Source of the DNA: Candidatus Latescibacterota bacterium
GTDB taxonomy: Bacteria > Latescibacterota > UBA2968 > UBA8231
Length of the DNA stretch: 64,000 bases
Assembly: GCA_965219385.1 (NCBI GenBank)
Contig: CBDCNM010000002.1
Span: forward strand, 902,639 to 966,638
Direction: 5' to 3'
In this document: positions 9,770-19,140 of the stretch, one piece after another
Numbering within the stretch: the stretch's first letter is position 1
How the letters are laid out: each line of letters starts with the position of its first letter
Position numbers and translations under genes: made by a program
Notes under the pieces: model-generated
Databases searched by the model: none
Seen by the model: the letters and a program-made list of their open reading frames with translations, nothing else
What the model was told of the DNA's origin: nothing

Positions 9770-10945
9770 TCAATGGTGAAACAGCCGCACGCCCGAGTTC
9801 ACCATGACCATGTTGCAGGCATCGGCCGCGGCGATCACCTCATCGTCCTGCACCGAGCCTCCAGTCTGGACCACGTACTCCACCCCGCTCCTGTAGGCCC
9901 GGTCGATGTTGTCGCGGAAGGGGAAAAAGGCGTCCGAACTCAGGGCCACGCCCCGCAAGCCGTCCAGCCACGCTCGTTTTTCCTCCGCCGTGAGACGCTC
10001 CGGCACCACGCTGAAATTGGTCTCCCAGGCCTTGAGTTCCGGGGGAGTGGCTTCTTCCTGTAGAAACAGGTCGATGGCGTTGATGCGCCCTGCGCGCCGC
10101 ACCCCTTTTTTAAACTGCATGGCCCGCACCCGGGGATGCTGGCGCAGGTACCAGTTATCGGCCTTTGAAGCGGCCAGGCGCACGCAGTGAACCCGCGACT
10201 GCTGGCCGGCGCCGCTGCCGATGACCTGGCCGTCCAGGGCCAGACAGACCGAGTTGGACTGGGTGTACTTCACGGCGATGGTGGCCACGATCAGGTCGCG
10301 GCGGGCGCTCTCGGGCATGTCCTTGCGGGCGGTTACCGCGTTTTCGAGGAAAGAAGAATCCGGGATGAAATGGTTGCGCGGTTGCTCCAGGGTGAGGCCA
10401 AAGACCTGGCGGGTCTCCAGCGGATCCGGTTCAAAGCTCGGGTCTATCTGGAATACCGGGTACTTGCCGCCCTTTTTGCCCGCGAGAATTTTCAGGGCCT
10501 CCTCTTCGTAGCCCGGAGCAATGGCGCCATCGGAGACCTCCCGTTCGATGAGTCTGGCGGTGGCCACGTCCACAGGATCGCTCAACGCGACCCAGTCGCC
10601 ATAGGAAGCCAGTCGATCGGCCCCGCGCGCCCGGGCATAGGCCGTGGCCAGGGGGCTCAATTCCATCTTCTCGACGAAATAGGTTGCTCGCAAGTCCTCG
10701 CTTAGGGGTATGGCCACGGCGGCGCCGGCCGGACTGACGTGCTTGAACGAAGCCGCGGCCGACAGCCCCAGGGCCTGCTTCAATTCGCGCGCCAGCTGCC
10801 AGGAGTTGAGGGCGTCCATCAGGTTGATATAGCTGGGCCGCCCGTTGAGGACCTGCAGGGGCAAATCGCCCCCGTTCCGCCGGTAGCAGCGCGCCGGGGT
10901 CTGGTTGGGGTTGCAGCCATAGCGCATGCTCAGTTCACTGGACAT
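9770..10945 (-). CDS. purH: AICAR transformylase (stand-alone PurH C-terminal type)
   Basis: [47 protein letters not shown]. No N-terminal IMP cyclohydrolase domain. Confidence 0.88.
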   Translation of the reverse strand: MSSELSMRYGCNPNQTPARCYRRNGGDLPLQVLNGRPSYINLMDALNSWQLARELKQALGLSAAASFKHVSPAGAAVAIPLSEDLRATYFVEKMELSPLATAYARARGADRLASYGDWVALSDPVDVATARLIEREVSDGAIAPGYEEEALKILAGKKGGKYPVFQIDPSFEPDPLETRQVFGLTLEQPRNHFIPDSSFLENAVTARKDMPESARRDLIVATIAVKYTQSNSVCLALDGQVIGSGAGQQSRVHCVRLAASKADNWYLRQHPRVRAMQFKKGVRRAGRINAIDLFLQEEATPPELKAWETNFSVVPERLTAEEKRAWLDGLRGVALSSDAFFPFRDNIDRAYRSGVEYVVQTGGSVQDDEVIAAADACNMVMVNSGVRLFHH

Positions 10946-11077
10946 TTCCGACCTCGTCTTTTGAGTTGACAAAGTATAATGGCCTGATTATTATGTCTCA
11001 CTTACGCATGGGCGATCTTATGATCGCTAAATTTCCCCTGTCCCGCAAGGGGCTCCTTCATCGACGAGGTGGTTGCT

Positions 11078-12118
11078 ATGTTTAAGGGTTGCTATACCGC
11101 GCTGGTAACGCCCATGAGAGAGGACGGCAGCGTCGATTACGCCGGACTGGAAAGGCTGATCGAATTCCAGATCGCCAATAATATTCAGGGTGTTCTGGGG
11201 GTTGGAACCACGGGTGAGAGTCCGACCCTGCGGTGGGAAGAGCACAACGAGGTGATCGAACGCACCTGCAAGCTGGCCCGGGGACGCTGCGCGGCGATCG
11301 CTGGTACGGGAAGCAATTCCACCCGGGAAACCCTGGCCGGCACTGAGCACGCCGCGCACGCGGAGGCGGATGCTGTGCTCCTGGTCGATCCCTATTACAA
11401 CGGCCCCAGTTCCCTGGAGATCCGCCGCGAATACGTGGAACCCGTGGCGCGGGAATTTCCCCAGCTGCAGGTCATCCCCTACATCATTCCCGGCCGCACC
11501 GGCACCATGATGCAGGCTGAGGATCTGGCCATTCTGGCGCAGGAGCACAAGAATGTCGCCACGGTCAAAGAGGCCACCGGCGATCTGGAAAACATGGCCA
11601 AGACCCGCCGGCTCTGCGGCGAGGATTTCTCCATTCTCTCCGGCGACGACGACAAGACGGTGGCCATGATGAAAAGCCAGGAGATCAAGGCCGCCGGGGT
11701 GATTTCCGTGATGTCAAACGCGATCCCCGGGCCCATCCAGCGCCTGACCGAACTGCTGGATGCCGGCGACGACGAAGCCGCGGACAAGTTGGCTGCGGAT
11801 CTGCAGCCCTTCTTCGGTATTGTGGGCGTCACCACCACCGAGGAATCTTCCTTCGGTCCGGTCGAGTGCAAGGCCCGCAATCCCCTGGCCATCAAGGCCT
11901 TGATGAATATCCTCGGCATGCCCTCTGGCCCCTGCCGTCGCCCCCTCGGCAAAATGACCCGGTCCGGTGTCCAGGTGGTGCTGGATGCCGCCCGCCAGGT
12001 GTACCAGAACGATCCTGCCAATCTGACGCCCGTGGGCGAATTTTTCGGGGTGGATGTCGAAGCCCGCCTGCAGGACGAGAGCCTGGTGGTAGAGCAACTC
12101 GTCTACACCTCGTACTGA
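11078..12118 (+). CDS. dapA: 4-hydroxy-tetrahydrodipicolinate synthase
   Basis: TALVTP, GTTGES, PYYN, VKEATG, SGDD. Adjacent to dapB. Confidence 0.9.
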   Translation: MFKGCYTALVTPMREDGSVDYAGLERLIEFQIANNIQGVLGVGTTGESPTLRWEEHNEVIERTCKLARGRCAAIAGTGSNSTRETLAGTEHAAHAEADAVLLVDPYYNGPSSLEIRREYVEPVAREFPQLQVIPYIIPGRTGTMMQAEDLAILAQEHKNVATVKEATGDLENMAKTRRLCGEDFSILSGDDDKTVAMMKSQEIKAAGVISVMSNAIPGPIQRLTELLDAGDDEAADKLAADLQPFFGIVGVTTTEESSFGPVECKARNPLAIKALMNILGMPSGPCRRPLGKMTRSGVQVVLDAARQVYQNDPANLTPVGEFFGVDVEARLQDESLVVEQLVYTSY

Positions 12119-12132
12119 GAGGAGCTGGAACC

Positions 12133-12936
12133 ATGATCGAGGTAGTGGTATGTGGAGCGGCCGGGCGCATGGGCCAGCGCTTGGCCAATCTCGTCATTGG
12201 CAGCGAAGACCTGGAACTGGCAGGTGCGACCGAACGCCCAGGACACGAGTCCATCGGCAAGGATATCGGCGAGGCAGTCGGCAGTCGCCAGCTGGGACAG
12301 GTGGTCTGGCCCCATCTGGGGGAAGCGGTCGGCCAGGGCCAGGTGGCGATATCCTTTACCACCCCGGAGGCGACCCTGGCGGATGCCGCGATCTGCGCGG
12401 AGAAGGGCGCGGCCATGGTGGTGGGCACTACCGGTCTTTCCGACGAGCAGCTGGACGAGTTCCGCAGGCTGGTGGAACCGATCCCCTGTGCGTTTGCGCC
12501 CAATTACAGCACCGCCATGAATGTGCTGTTTAAACTGGTCGAGGAGGTTTCCCGGATTCTCGGCGACGACTACGATGTCGAGGTGATTGAGGCCCATCAT
12601 CGCCTGAAGGTGGACGCGCCCAGCGGCTCGGCTCTGCGCCTGGCGGAGCAGGCAGCGGCCGGCCTGAGCCGCAATCTGAAGGAGGTAGCTGTGCATGGCC
12701 GCGAGGGCCTGGTCGGGGAGCGCAGCCGGCAGGAAATCGGCATACACGCGATCCGGGCCGGAGACCTGGCCGGGGATCACACCGTGCTTTTCGGGGCTGC
12801 GGGGGAGTACCTAGAACTGCGGCATCACGCCACCAGCCGCGACGCCTTTGCTCTGGGCGCTCTGCGGGCCGTGCGCTTCGTGGCCCAGGCCAGCCCGGGA
12901 TTTTACGACATGGGGGATGTACTGGGGATTAAGTAG
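12133..12936 (+). CDS. dapB: 4-hydroxy-tetrahydrodipicolinate reductase
   Basis: GAAGRMG, GTTG, EAHHRLKVDAPSG, GDHTVLF. ATG at 12133 within the long ORF 11866-12936. Confidence 0.93.
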   Translation: MIEVVVCGAAGRMGQRLANLVIGSEDLELAGATERPGHESIGKDIGEAVGSRQLGQVVWPHLGEAVGQGQVAISFTTPEATLADAAICAEKGAAMVVGTTGLSDEQLDEFRRLVEPIPCAFAPNYSTAMNVLFKLVEEVSRILGDDYDVEVIEAHHRLKVDAPSGSALRLAEQAAAGLSRNLKEVAVHGREGLVGERSRQEIGIHAIRAGDLAGDHTVLFGAAGEYLELRHHATSRDAFALGALRAVRFVAQASPGFYDMGDVLGIK

Positions 12937-12945
12937 CGGCGGACC

Positions 12946-13728
12946 CTAGTGCTCGGGCCTGAACAGGGGGCGCATTCCAGGCCGCAAGGTTTTGATCTTG
13001 TCGCGCAGACGGGCGGCTTCTTCAAAATTTTCGGCTTCTACCGCCGTGCACAGATCCCGCTCGAGTTGTTCTTGCTGCGACAGGGGGCGCTCTTTTTCCA
13101 GCTCTTCGTACCAATCGTGCAGGAAGGCCAACTCGGGCAAGTCCTCTTCGAGCACATCGCCGTCCCACTCCTCTAGAAATTTTTCGATGCGGCTTATGCC
13201 CTTTTGCACTTCCTCCAGAGCAACCGGGTACTTATCGTCTTCGAGAGCCAGCATGGCTCGAGCCCGTGCCTGCATCATGGCGGCGTGGGGGTAATACTGC
13301 TCAAAGTACCACTTGTCGTCGTCGTTGTCGGCGTAGTGCTGGACCAGAGCAAAGATCTTCAGGGTGTGTTCGGTGTCCTCTACGACCCCGACGTAGTTTT
13401 CCAGATAGAACAGGCTCAGGTAGCGATGGTAGTACTGCCAGGCTTCCTGGAAGAGGTCCTCGCATTCCCGCCCTTCCAGGGCAAAGGGCGCTGCGTTTTC
13501 GCGAGTCTGTCCGTAGGTTTCCACCATGTCTTCGTAGTAATCCAGCAGAGAGGTGTAGCCATGGGGGCGCTGGCCGTCCGGACGTCCCTGTATCTCCAGC
13601 TGTAGAATACCCATATCGATGCGTATCTGGATTTTTTCAATGCCATCTTTGCCCTTGATCTGGCGGGCGTGAAATTCGTCGGGGTCAAATTGCCAGTCGT
13701 TCAGCAGGTCGCCGATATCATAATTCAT
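12946..13728 (-). CDS. UvrB/UvrC-motif-containing protein
   Basis: C-terminal UVR motif LERDLCTAVEAENFEEAARLRDKIK. N-terminal IQIRIDMGILQLE-GRPDG-RPHG block. Confidence 0.75.
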   Translation of the reverse strand: MNYDIGDLLNDWQFDPDEFHARQIKGKDGIEKIQIRIDMGILQLEIQGRPDGQRPHGYTSLLDYYEDMVETYGQTRENAAPFALEGRECEDLFQEAWQYYHRYLSLFYLENYVGVVEDTEHTLKIFALVQHYADNDDDKWYFEQYYPHAAMMQARARAMLALEDDKYPVALEEVQKGISRIEKFLEEWDGDVLEEDLPELAFLHDWYEELEKERPLSQQEQLERDLCTAVEAENFEEAARLRDKIKTLRPGMRPLFRPEH

Positions 13729-13871
13729 GGGGAAGCTCTCTTGCAGAGTTTCTGGTAAATTAAGAGCCTGGAGTCTGGAACGCAACTTTAATCCTGGCCT
13801 CGTCCTGCCGTGCAAATTTCCGCACCCGGACAGGTTCCGGTACAGAATATACTGCAGAATGGGGTTCCGCG

Positions 13872-15467
13872 CTACCTGCGGCTGACCTTGATACTGCCCA
13901 CGGCTACACCGATGACCAGGGCGATCACGCCGCCGATGATCAGGGCATTGCGGAGGATATTGGCGCGTGCCTCCACGCGGATGGTGACGTCTTTTTCCTG
14001 GGCTTCGATTTTTTCGTTGCCCATGTACCCGGCGGCTTCCACCCTGACATCGTACTCGCTTTCGCCCAGGTCTGCCGGCGGCACGAGGGTGATGTTGACC
14101 GGTTCTTTTTCACCGGGCAGGATCCGGTCTATGGTATCGGGCCTGGCTGAATAGGTCCAGTCCAGCGGCGGGGTCAGGAGCAGGTGAACCTGTTCGACCT
14201 CCAGGGTGCCCGTATTCAGCAGGTCGATCCGCACAGTGGCCTCTTCACCTACCTTGATCTCCTGATAGCGGTTGGAGATGATGGTCTCCAGGGCACCCTG
14301 GCCTCGGGGAATCAACTCGAAGCGCTCCTTGTTGCCCTTGATGGAGTTGACATCCTCCAGTTCCATGGGTTTGTCGCCGTACTGGCGGTTCAACGCGCCA
14401 ATCTGCCGAAAGCCTTCCCGGTCGGTCACGAATACGTAAAACTCCATGGTCTGATCGACATAGTGTCGGCTGAGCTGCTCCGGGATCTGGAGTTCGAGTT
14501 CGAGGTGCTGGCGGGTAACTTCTTCGCTGAACTTCACTTGCGTGAGACTGGCGTTGGTGGCGGGGTCCAGAAAGGCCGGGGCGATCTCCTGGGGGAGGTT
14601 GACAATGACCAGGCGGAAGCTCTTTTCGTCCTCGGCGAGGCGTTCGAGGATGAGGTCGTAGCGGACCCGGGTGTTGAGATCCCCCTCCTGGGAGAACTGC
14701 ACGGAGTTGATGGTGGGAATGTCCTGGAGAGATTCCTTGCGCAGGACAATCCAGAGATTTTGTGCCGAGTTGTCGAATCCACTTTGAGCATCACCGAATG
14801 CGCTCAGAGACGGAGTCTCCTGCATTTTCATCGCGACCACGACCTCGTCATCGTCGTTCAACAAGCGGAATTTCAGGTTTTTTTGCTCATAGAGTTTGAG
14901 CGAGGAGATGCGGGTTTCATAGGGGTCGGCAATGATCAGACCCATTTCGTCCTGGATGGAAATCAGGATGTTCTGGACTTCGAGCAGGGCCCTGATTTCC
15001 TCAGGGGTTTTCTGGGGGTTCAAGGATAGGGCCTGATTGAGATTGGAGGAATTCCGCAGGACGATCTCCACCTGCCGCCGGCCGTCCTGGGTGCGATATT
15101 TCTTGGCCTCCATGATAGAAATATGGGTGGCGTCGCGCAGGAAGGAGAGGCGTTTTTCTTCCAGGGCGATTTCCGCCTGACGGAATTCCAGTTCGGCCTG
15201 CTGGAATTGGCGTTGTGCCTCGTTGAGCATGTCCAGGGTGCGTATATTCTGTTCGTAGAGGTCCTGGATCTCGTCGTAATTGCTCTTCTTGGTCTCCATG
15301 TCGAGTTTGGCTGCGCGCACCAGCCACTCGGCATTGCGCAGCTGGATCTGGTAAAAACGCTGCTCTTTGGTGCGGAGGTCTCTGGCTCCTGCCTCCAGAC
15401 CTTGGTCGGCTGTTCCCGGCCGGGAGGACAGGAGGAATACAGCAGCGAGGAGATAGAATAGAGCCAT
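13872..15467 (-). CDS. Exported coiled-coil + NEW3 (COG1470-like) protein with C-terminal membrane anchor, paralog A
   Basis: Signal peptide, helical hairpin, NEW3-like NTG...PPLDW...ILPGE...PPAD...EYDV, then a hydrophobic helix ending KVSRR. Confidence 0.75.
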   Translation of the reverse strand: MALFYLLAAVFLLSSRPGTADQGLEAGARDLRTKEQRFYQIQLRNAEWLVRAAKLDMETKKSNYDEIQDLYEQNIRTLDMLNEAQRQFQQAELEFRQAEIALEEKRLSFLRDATHISIMEAKKYRTQDGRRQVEIVLRNSSNLNQALSLNPQKTPEEIRALLEVQNILISIQDEMGLIIADPYETRISSLKLYEQKNLKFRLLNDDDEVVVAMKMQETPSLSAFGDAQSGFDNSAQNLWIVLRKESLQDIPTINSVQFSQEGDLNTRVRYDLILERLAEDEKSFRLVIVNLPQEIAPAFLDPATNASLTQVKFSEEVTRQHLELELQIPEQLSRHYVDQTMEFYVFVTDREGFRQIGALNRQYGDKPMELEDVNSIKGNKERFELIPRGQGALETIISNRYQEIKVGEEATVRIDLLNTGTLEVEQVHLLLTPPLDWTYSARPDTIDRILPGEKEPVNITLVPPADLGESEYDVRVEAAGYMGNEKIEAQEKDVTIRVEARANILRNALIIGGVIALVIGVAVGSIKVSRR

Positions 15468-15488
15468 CGGGATACTTGTGGGCTGTTT

Positions 15489-17030
15489 TTACCTGCGGCT
15501 GATCTTTATGCTGGCCAGACCGATGCCGAGGACCAGCAGGACCAGAACGCCGATGAGGATGGTATTGCCGGCTATATTCGAACGCGCGCCGATGCGTATG
15601 GTGATATTTTTCTCGAGCGATTCGATGTTTTCGTTTCCCACCTGCCCCTGGGCCTCTATGCCCAGTTCGTAATCCCCCACGGCAATATCGCTCGGGGGGC
15701 GCGCCAGGATCTGTACTGGTTTGCGCTCATCGGGCTCGAGCAGCTTGATGAGGGTGGGGTCCACCTCGCTTTCCCACTCGTAGGGCAGGTCGAGTTCGGC
15801 CTTGACGTTCTGCACGGCCACGGAGCCCCGGTTGAGAAATTCGACCCGGAGCTGGAGTTCCTGGTCCACCTTGATCTCCTGATAGCGATTGGAAACCAGG
15901 ACCTCCAGCTTGCCCATGCCCGTGGGAATCAATTCCAGTTTGACGTACTCGCTCTGGAGGGCTTTGATCTCTTTTTCGGGAACGGGTTCATCGCCGTACC
16001 GGACTTTCAGGGCATTGATTCGGGCGTACCCGGTGGGCTGGGTGACCAGGGCGAAAAAGGTCCGGGTGCGGCCGATGAAACGACGGTCCAGCTTTTCGGG
16101 GATCTCCAGCTCCAGGAAAATCTTGACCTGGGAGGTATGCTCGTCGAATTTGACCTGGTTTACCTTGGCGCCCGAGTCCACGAAGGCGTAATCAATGCGC
16201 CGGGGAAGTCCCGCAACGGCCAGGGAAAAGCTTTGCTCCTCGTCGGACAGGCGCTCCAAGGTGAGTCCGAAGTTGACGGTGTTGTTGAGTTTGCCTTCCT
16301 GCGAGAACTGGGCTGAATTGATGCTGGGCAGGTCCTGCCGGCCGCCTTTTTTGAGTATGATCGGATTTTTGTGGGTGGTTTCCAGGTACCTGACCTGCAC
16401 GACCACGGCGGACTGGTCCTGCAACAAGCGGAATGACAGGGGTTTGCGTTGGCCTACGGCAAGCGAGGGGATGCGCCTTTCATAGGGTTCGCCGACGATG
16501 GGTCCGTTTATCAGAGAGACGAGAGAGACGAAGATATTTTCCACTTTGAGCAAGGTGCGCAGTTCGTCCTCGCTGAGAGACGGGTCCACCAGCAGGGCGT
16601 CGCGGGTATCCGAGGCGTTCTCCAGGACCAGATCCACCATGCTCTTGCCGTCCTCGGTCTTGTACTTGCGAGCCTCGACCACGATGATGTGGGTGGCGTT
16701 TTCCAGCAGGTCGAGTTTGGTCTGCTCGAGCAAAATCTCGGCCTTCGCGTAATCCAGTTTGGCCTGTTCGTACTTATTCAGGGTCTGCTTGAAGCGCTGC
16801 AAAGCGATGAAACCCTGGTCGAAGAGTTCCCTGGTGGTATCCCGTTCTTTCCTGTAGGTCTCCAGGCTCTTGCGCCGCTGTTCCAGCAGCAACCGGCGAT
16901 CCTCGAGCTTGAGCATGTTGAGTTTTTGCTCTTTGGTCAGAGATGGCTGGACGGCTGTTTGCGCCCAACCCGTCCACGGAAGGACCAGGGCAAAGATCGC
17001 CATGTACAAGGCTGGGGGCATGCGGTTCAC
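15489..17030 (-). CDS. Exported coiled-coil + NEW3 (COG1470-like) protein with C-terminal membrane anchor, paralog B
   Basis: Colinear with paralog A (ATHI...EAxKYxTxDG, INSxQFSQEG, LERL, SNRYQEIKV, KISRR). GTG start overlaps the tolC stop. Confidence 0.75.
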   Translation of the reverse strand: MNRMPPALYMAIFALVLPWTGWAQTAVQPSLTKEQKLNMLKLEDRRLLLEQRRKSLETYRKERDTTRELFDQGFIALQRFKQTLNKYEQAKLDYAKAEILLEQTKLDLLENATHIIVVEARKYKTEDGKSMVDLVLENASDTRDALLVDPSLSEDELRTLLKVENIFVSLVSLINGPIVGEPYERRIPSLAVGQRKPLSFRLLQDQSAVVVQVRYLETTHKNPIILKKGGRQDLPSINSAQFSQEGKLNNTVNFGLTLERLSDEEQSFSLAVAGLPRRIDYAFVDSGAKVNQVKFDEHTSQVKIFLELEIPEKLDRRFIGRTRTFFALVTQPTGYARINALKVRYGDEPVPEKEIKALQSEYVKLELIPTGMGKLEVLVSNRYQEIKVDQELQLRVEFLNRGSVAVQNVKAELDLPYEWESEVDPTLIKLLEPDERKPVQILARPPSDIAVGDYELGIEAQGQVGNENIESLEKNITIRIGARSNIAGNTILIGVLVLLVLGIGLASIKISRR

Positions 17031-18394
17031 TCAAAGTGGCCCATCAGGCGTCGCAGGGCGGCCTGTCTCTGGATATAACTGCCCTGGTTCTGGAACAGCC
17101 TGTCCTGGGCCTGGAAAAACTGTGCGCGCACCTGCTCGAGCAGGCTTTCGTCGGCCTGTCCCTTGTCCTTGAGGGTCTGGTTGATTTCCAGCCGGCGCCG
17201 GGCGATTTTGACCTGTTTTTCCTGGATGCGCTGCTGCTCCCTGGCTTCGAGCATGGACTGGTAGGCCTGGCGCACGCTCAGTTCGACCGCGGCACTCAGA
17301 TCGCGCAACTCCACTTGCTTCTGGTGCAGGCGGGCTTTCTCCTGCTTCCTCCGACCCAGCCGGGAAGTCCCTTCGAAGATGGGGATCCGAGCTTCGACCT
17401 GGGTGAACCAGCGCTCCTTCTCTTCGGCGGGCCCCGGGGGAGGTTGCCGTTCCTTGAGCTGGTATTCCGACACCATGTTAACCCCCCAGGTTGCCCCTTC
17501 CTTGTCGATGCTGACCGCGGTATTTTTGCGGCCGTCTTCGACCCCGGCATTGAGCGAGATATCGGGACCATAGGCCCAGTGCACCTCGCGCACCACCCGT
17601 TTTTGCTCCTCGACTTCCCTGTCCTGCCGGGCGACCTGTACGCTGTTCCGCAGAGCAATCTCCACGGTCTGGTCCTGTTCCATCTCAAAGTCCGCGAGTC
17701 GTCCTTCCACCTGGATATCGATCCCGATCGGCTGGCCGATCAGGCGCAGAAGTTCCATTTTGTTGTTGAGTTGCCGGCGTTCCAGATTGCTGATGGCGAG
17801 TTCCTCGTTCAGGACATTGAGTTCGGCGCTCAGAACATCTTCTTCGGTGGCCAGGCGGCGCTGGTAGCGGGCCTCCTGGCGCTCAAGGGTCTTTTGGAAA
17901 CCGTCGCGGGATTCGCGGCGGATGGCGATCTGGCGCTCCTGAAGCAGGACCAGGTGGAAGGTCTCCCACATCCTGGCCAGTACCTCGTAGACCTTGCCTT
18001 CATAGCCGTAGACCGCCTGGCGGAGCTCGGCCCGCAGGCCCACTTCCCGGGCCGCGTTGGGCCCGAACTCGAAGAGGCGTTGAGAAAAGTGCAGCCGGCT
18101 GGCCAGGTGGTCCCTGGTCGCGCCGTCGAGTTCGGTGCGGGCGGCATTGTAATCGGCCCGCAGATCCAGGTGAGGCATAAAGCGCGAGCGCACCACGACG
18201 CCGCTGCCCTGCACCTGCTCGATTTCTTCCCGGGCCCGGATCAATTCGCGGTTGTGTTCCATGGCCGCTTCGAGGCAAAAGGGGAGCGTGAGCTCGTCAA
18301 CCTCGGCCCGGGCGCTGGGGGAGCCGAACAGCAGAATTCCCAGGATCCAGTAGGGGGGTCTCAGCATTCTTTTGTCGGGTAAGGGTCTGTCCAA
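17027..18394 (-). CDS. TolC-family outer-membrane efflux protein
   Basis: Signal peptide, LTLPFCLEAAMEHNREL, two helical OEP-like repeats (QRLFEFG; RIPIFEG, VRQAY). TTG start behind AGGAGG. Confidence 0.85.
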   Translation of the reverse strand: MDRPLPDKRMLRPPYWILGILLFGSPSARAEVDELTLPFCLEAAMEHNRELIRAREEIEQVQGSGVVVRSRFMPHLDLRADYNAARTELDGATRDHLASRLHFSQRLFEFGPNAAREVGLRAELRQAVYGYEGKVYEVLARMWETFHLVLLQERQIAIRRESRDGFQKTLERQEARYQRRLATEEDVLSAELNVLNEELAISNLERRQLNNKMELLRLIGQPIGIDIQVEGRLADFEMEQDQTVEIALRNSVQVARQDREVEEQKRVVREVHWAYGPDISLNAGVEDGRKNTAVSIDKEGATWGVNMVSEYQLKERQPPPGPAEEKERWFTQVEARIPIFEGTSRLGRRKQEKARLHQKQVELRDLSAAVELSVRQAYQSMLEAREQQRIQEKQVKIARRRLEINQTLKDKGQADESLLEQVRAQFFQAQDRLFQNQGSYIQRQAALRRLMGHFE

Positions 18395-18492
18395 GAGTTA
18401 CCTCCTGGTTTCGCGTAGCTGCGCTGGCCCTGAATAGGAGATCGTCTCAAGATTGTAAGGATAGGCGGAAAGGGGTAGAATGTCAAGAATCG

Positions 18493-18595
18493 GCAGATAA
18501 ACTACTTGACATGGATAGCGTTTTAACTTGATATGGATAGCGTTTTAGGTTCATCCTAATAACAGGGTCTGTGGAAATCCAGTCCCAAAGGAGAC
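18493..18595 (+). repeat. Duplicated promoter/RBS block, copy 1, with an internal 22-bp tandem duplication (18504-18547)
   Basis: GCAGATAxACTACTTGACATGGAT...TTTTAGGTTCATCCT...TCTGTGGxAATCCAGTCCxAAAGGAG, similar to 20683-20768. Contains TTGACA and AAGGAG. Confidence 0.8.
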
Positions 18596-18596
18596 G

Positions 18597-18839
18597 TGCC
18601 AAGCGACCCGGATATTCTGCGGGGCGGAACCGTTGTTCTTCATAATGACCCCCTGGATGAGAGACCACACGCGGGCCGGCAACGGCCGAATGGTAAGCCG
18701 ACACCGATACCTGGATAAGGACGAGATGACGGAGAAGATGGACCATTTCCAGGAGGTGTTGCAGAAGCCGGTCATCGATATCATGGATGTGAACAACGAC
18801 GGGCTCATCTTGGACGCCATCCAGGATTTCTTTTCGTGA
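18597..18839 (+). pseudogene. Headless C-terminal fragment of a gene (possibly DUF1611-like)
   Basis: Frame ...RIFCGAEPLFFIMTPW...LQKPVIDIMDVNNDGLILDAIQDFFS* has no good start. The family assignment is a recalled resemblance only. Confidence 0.35.
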
Positions 18840-18859
18840 ACGGACATGAGGACTGCACC

Positions 18860-19129
18860 ATGAGAGAAGACATCGAGAAGCGGCTGTACGAGCTGATAGA
18901 GACTTTCGGGGACCAACCGATTGACTTGTCGATCGAGGGCGAGGCGCGGAGGGTGCTCCATATCATTTTGAGCGAGTCCATACAAGCGATGGAATTCGTC
19001 ATCGCCATTGAGAACGAATTCGAAATCGAGTTCGACGACGAAGACATCTCCATCGAATTTTTTCTCGATCTGGATCATATCGTCTTATCCGTGCTGAGGA
19101 GTCTGGCACAATCAAGTGCCGTCACCTAA
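18860..19129 (+). CDS. Acyl carrier protein-like protein
   Basis: Small and acidic, with ESIQAMEFVIAIENEFEIEFDDEDI matching the ACP DSL...EEEFxIEI-D pattern (ES instead of DS). Confidence 0.7.
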   Translation: MREDIEKRLYELIETFGDQPIDLSIEGEARRVLHIILSESIQAMEFVIAIENEFEIEFDDEDISIEFFLDLDHIVLSVLRSLAQSSAVT

Positions 19130-19140
19130 GGAGTCTTGCC

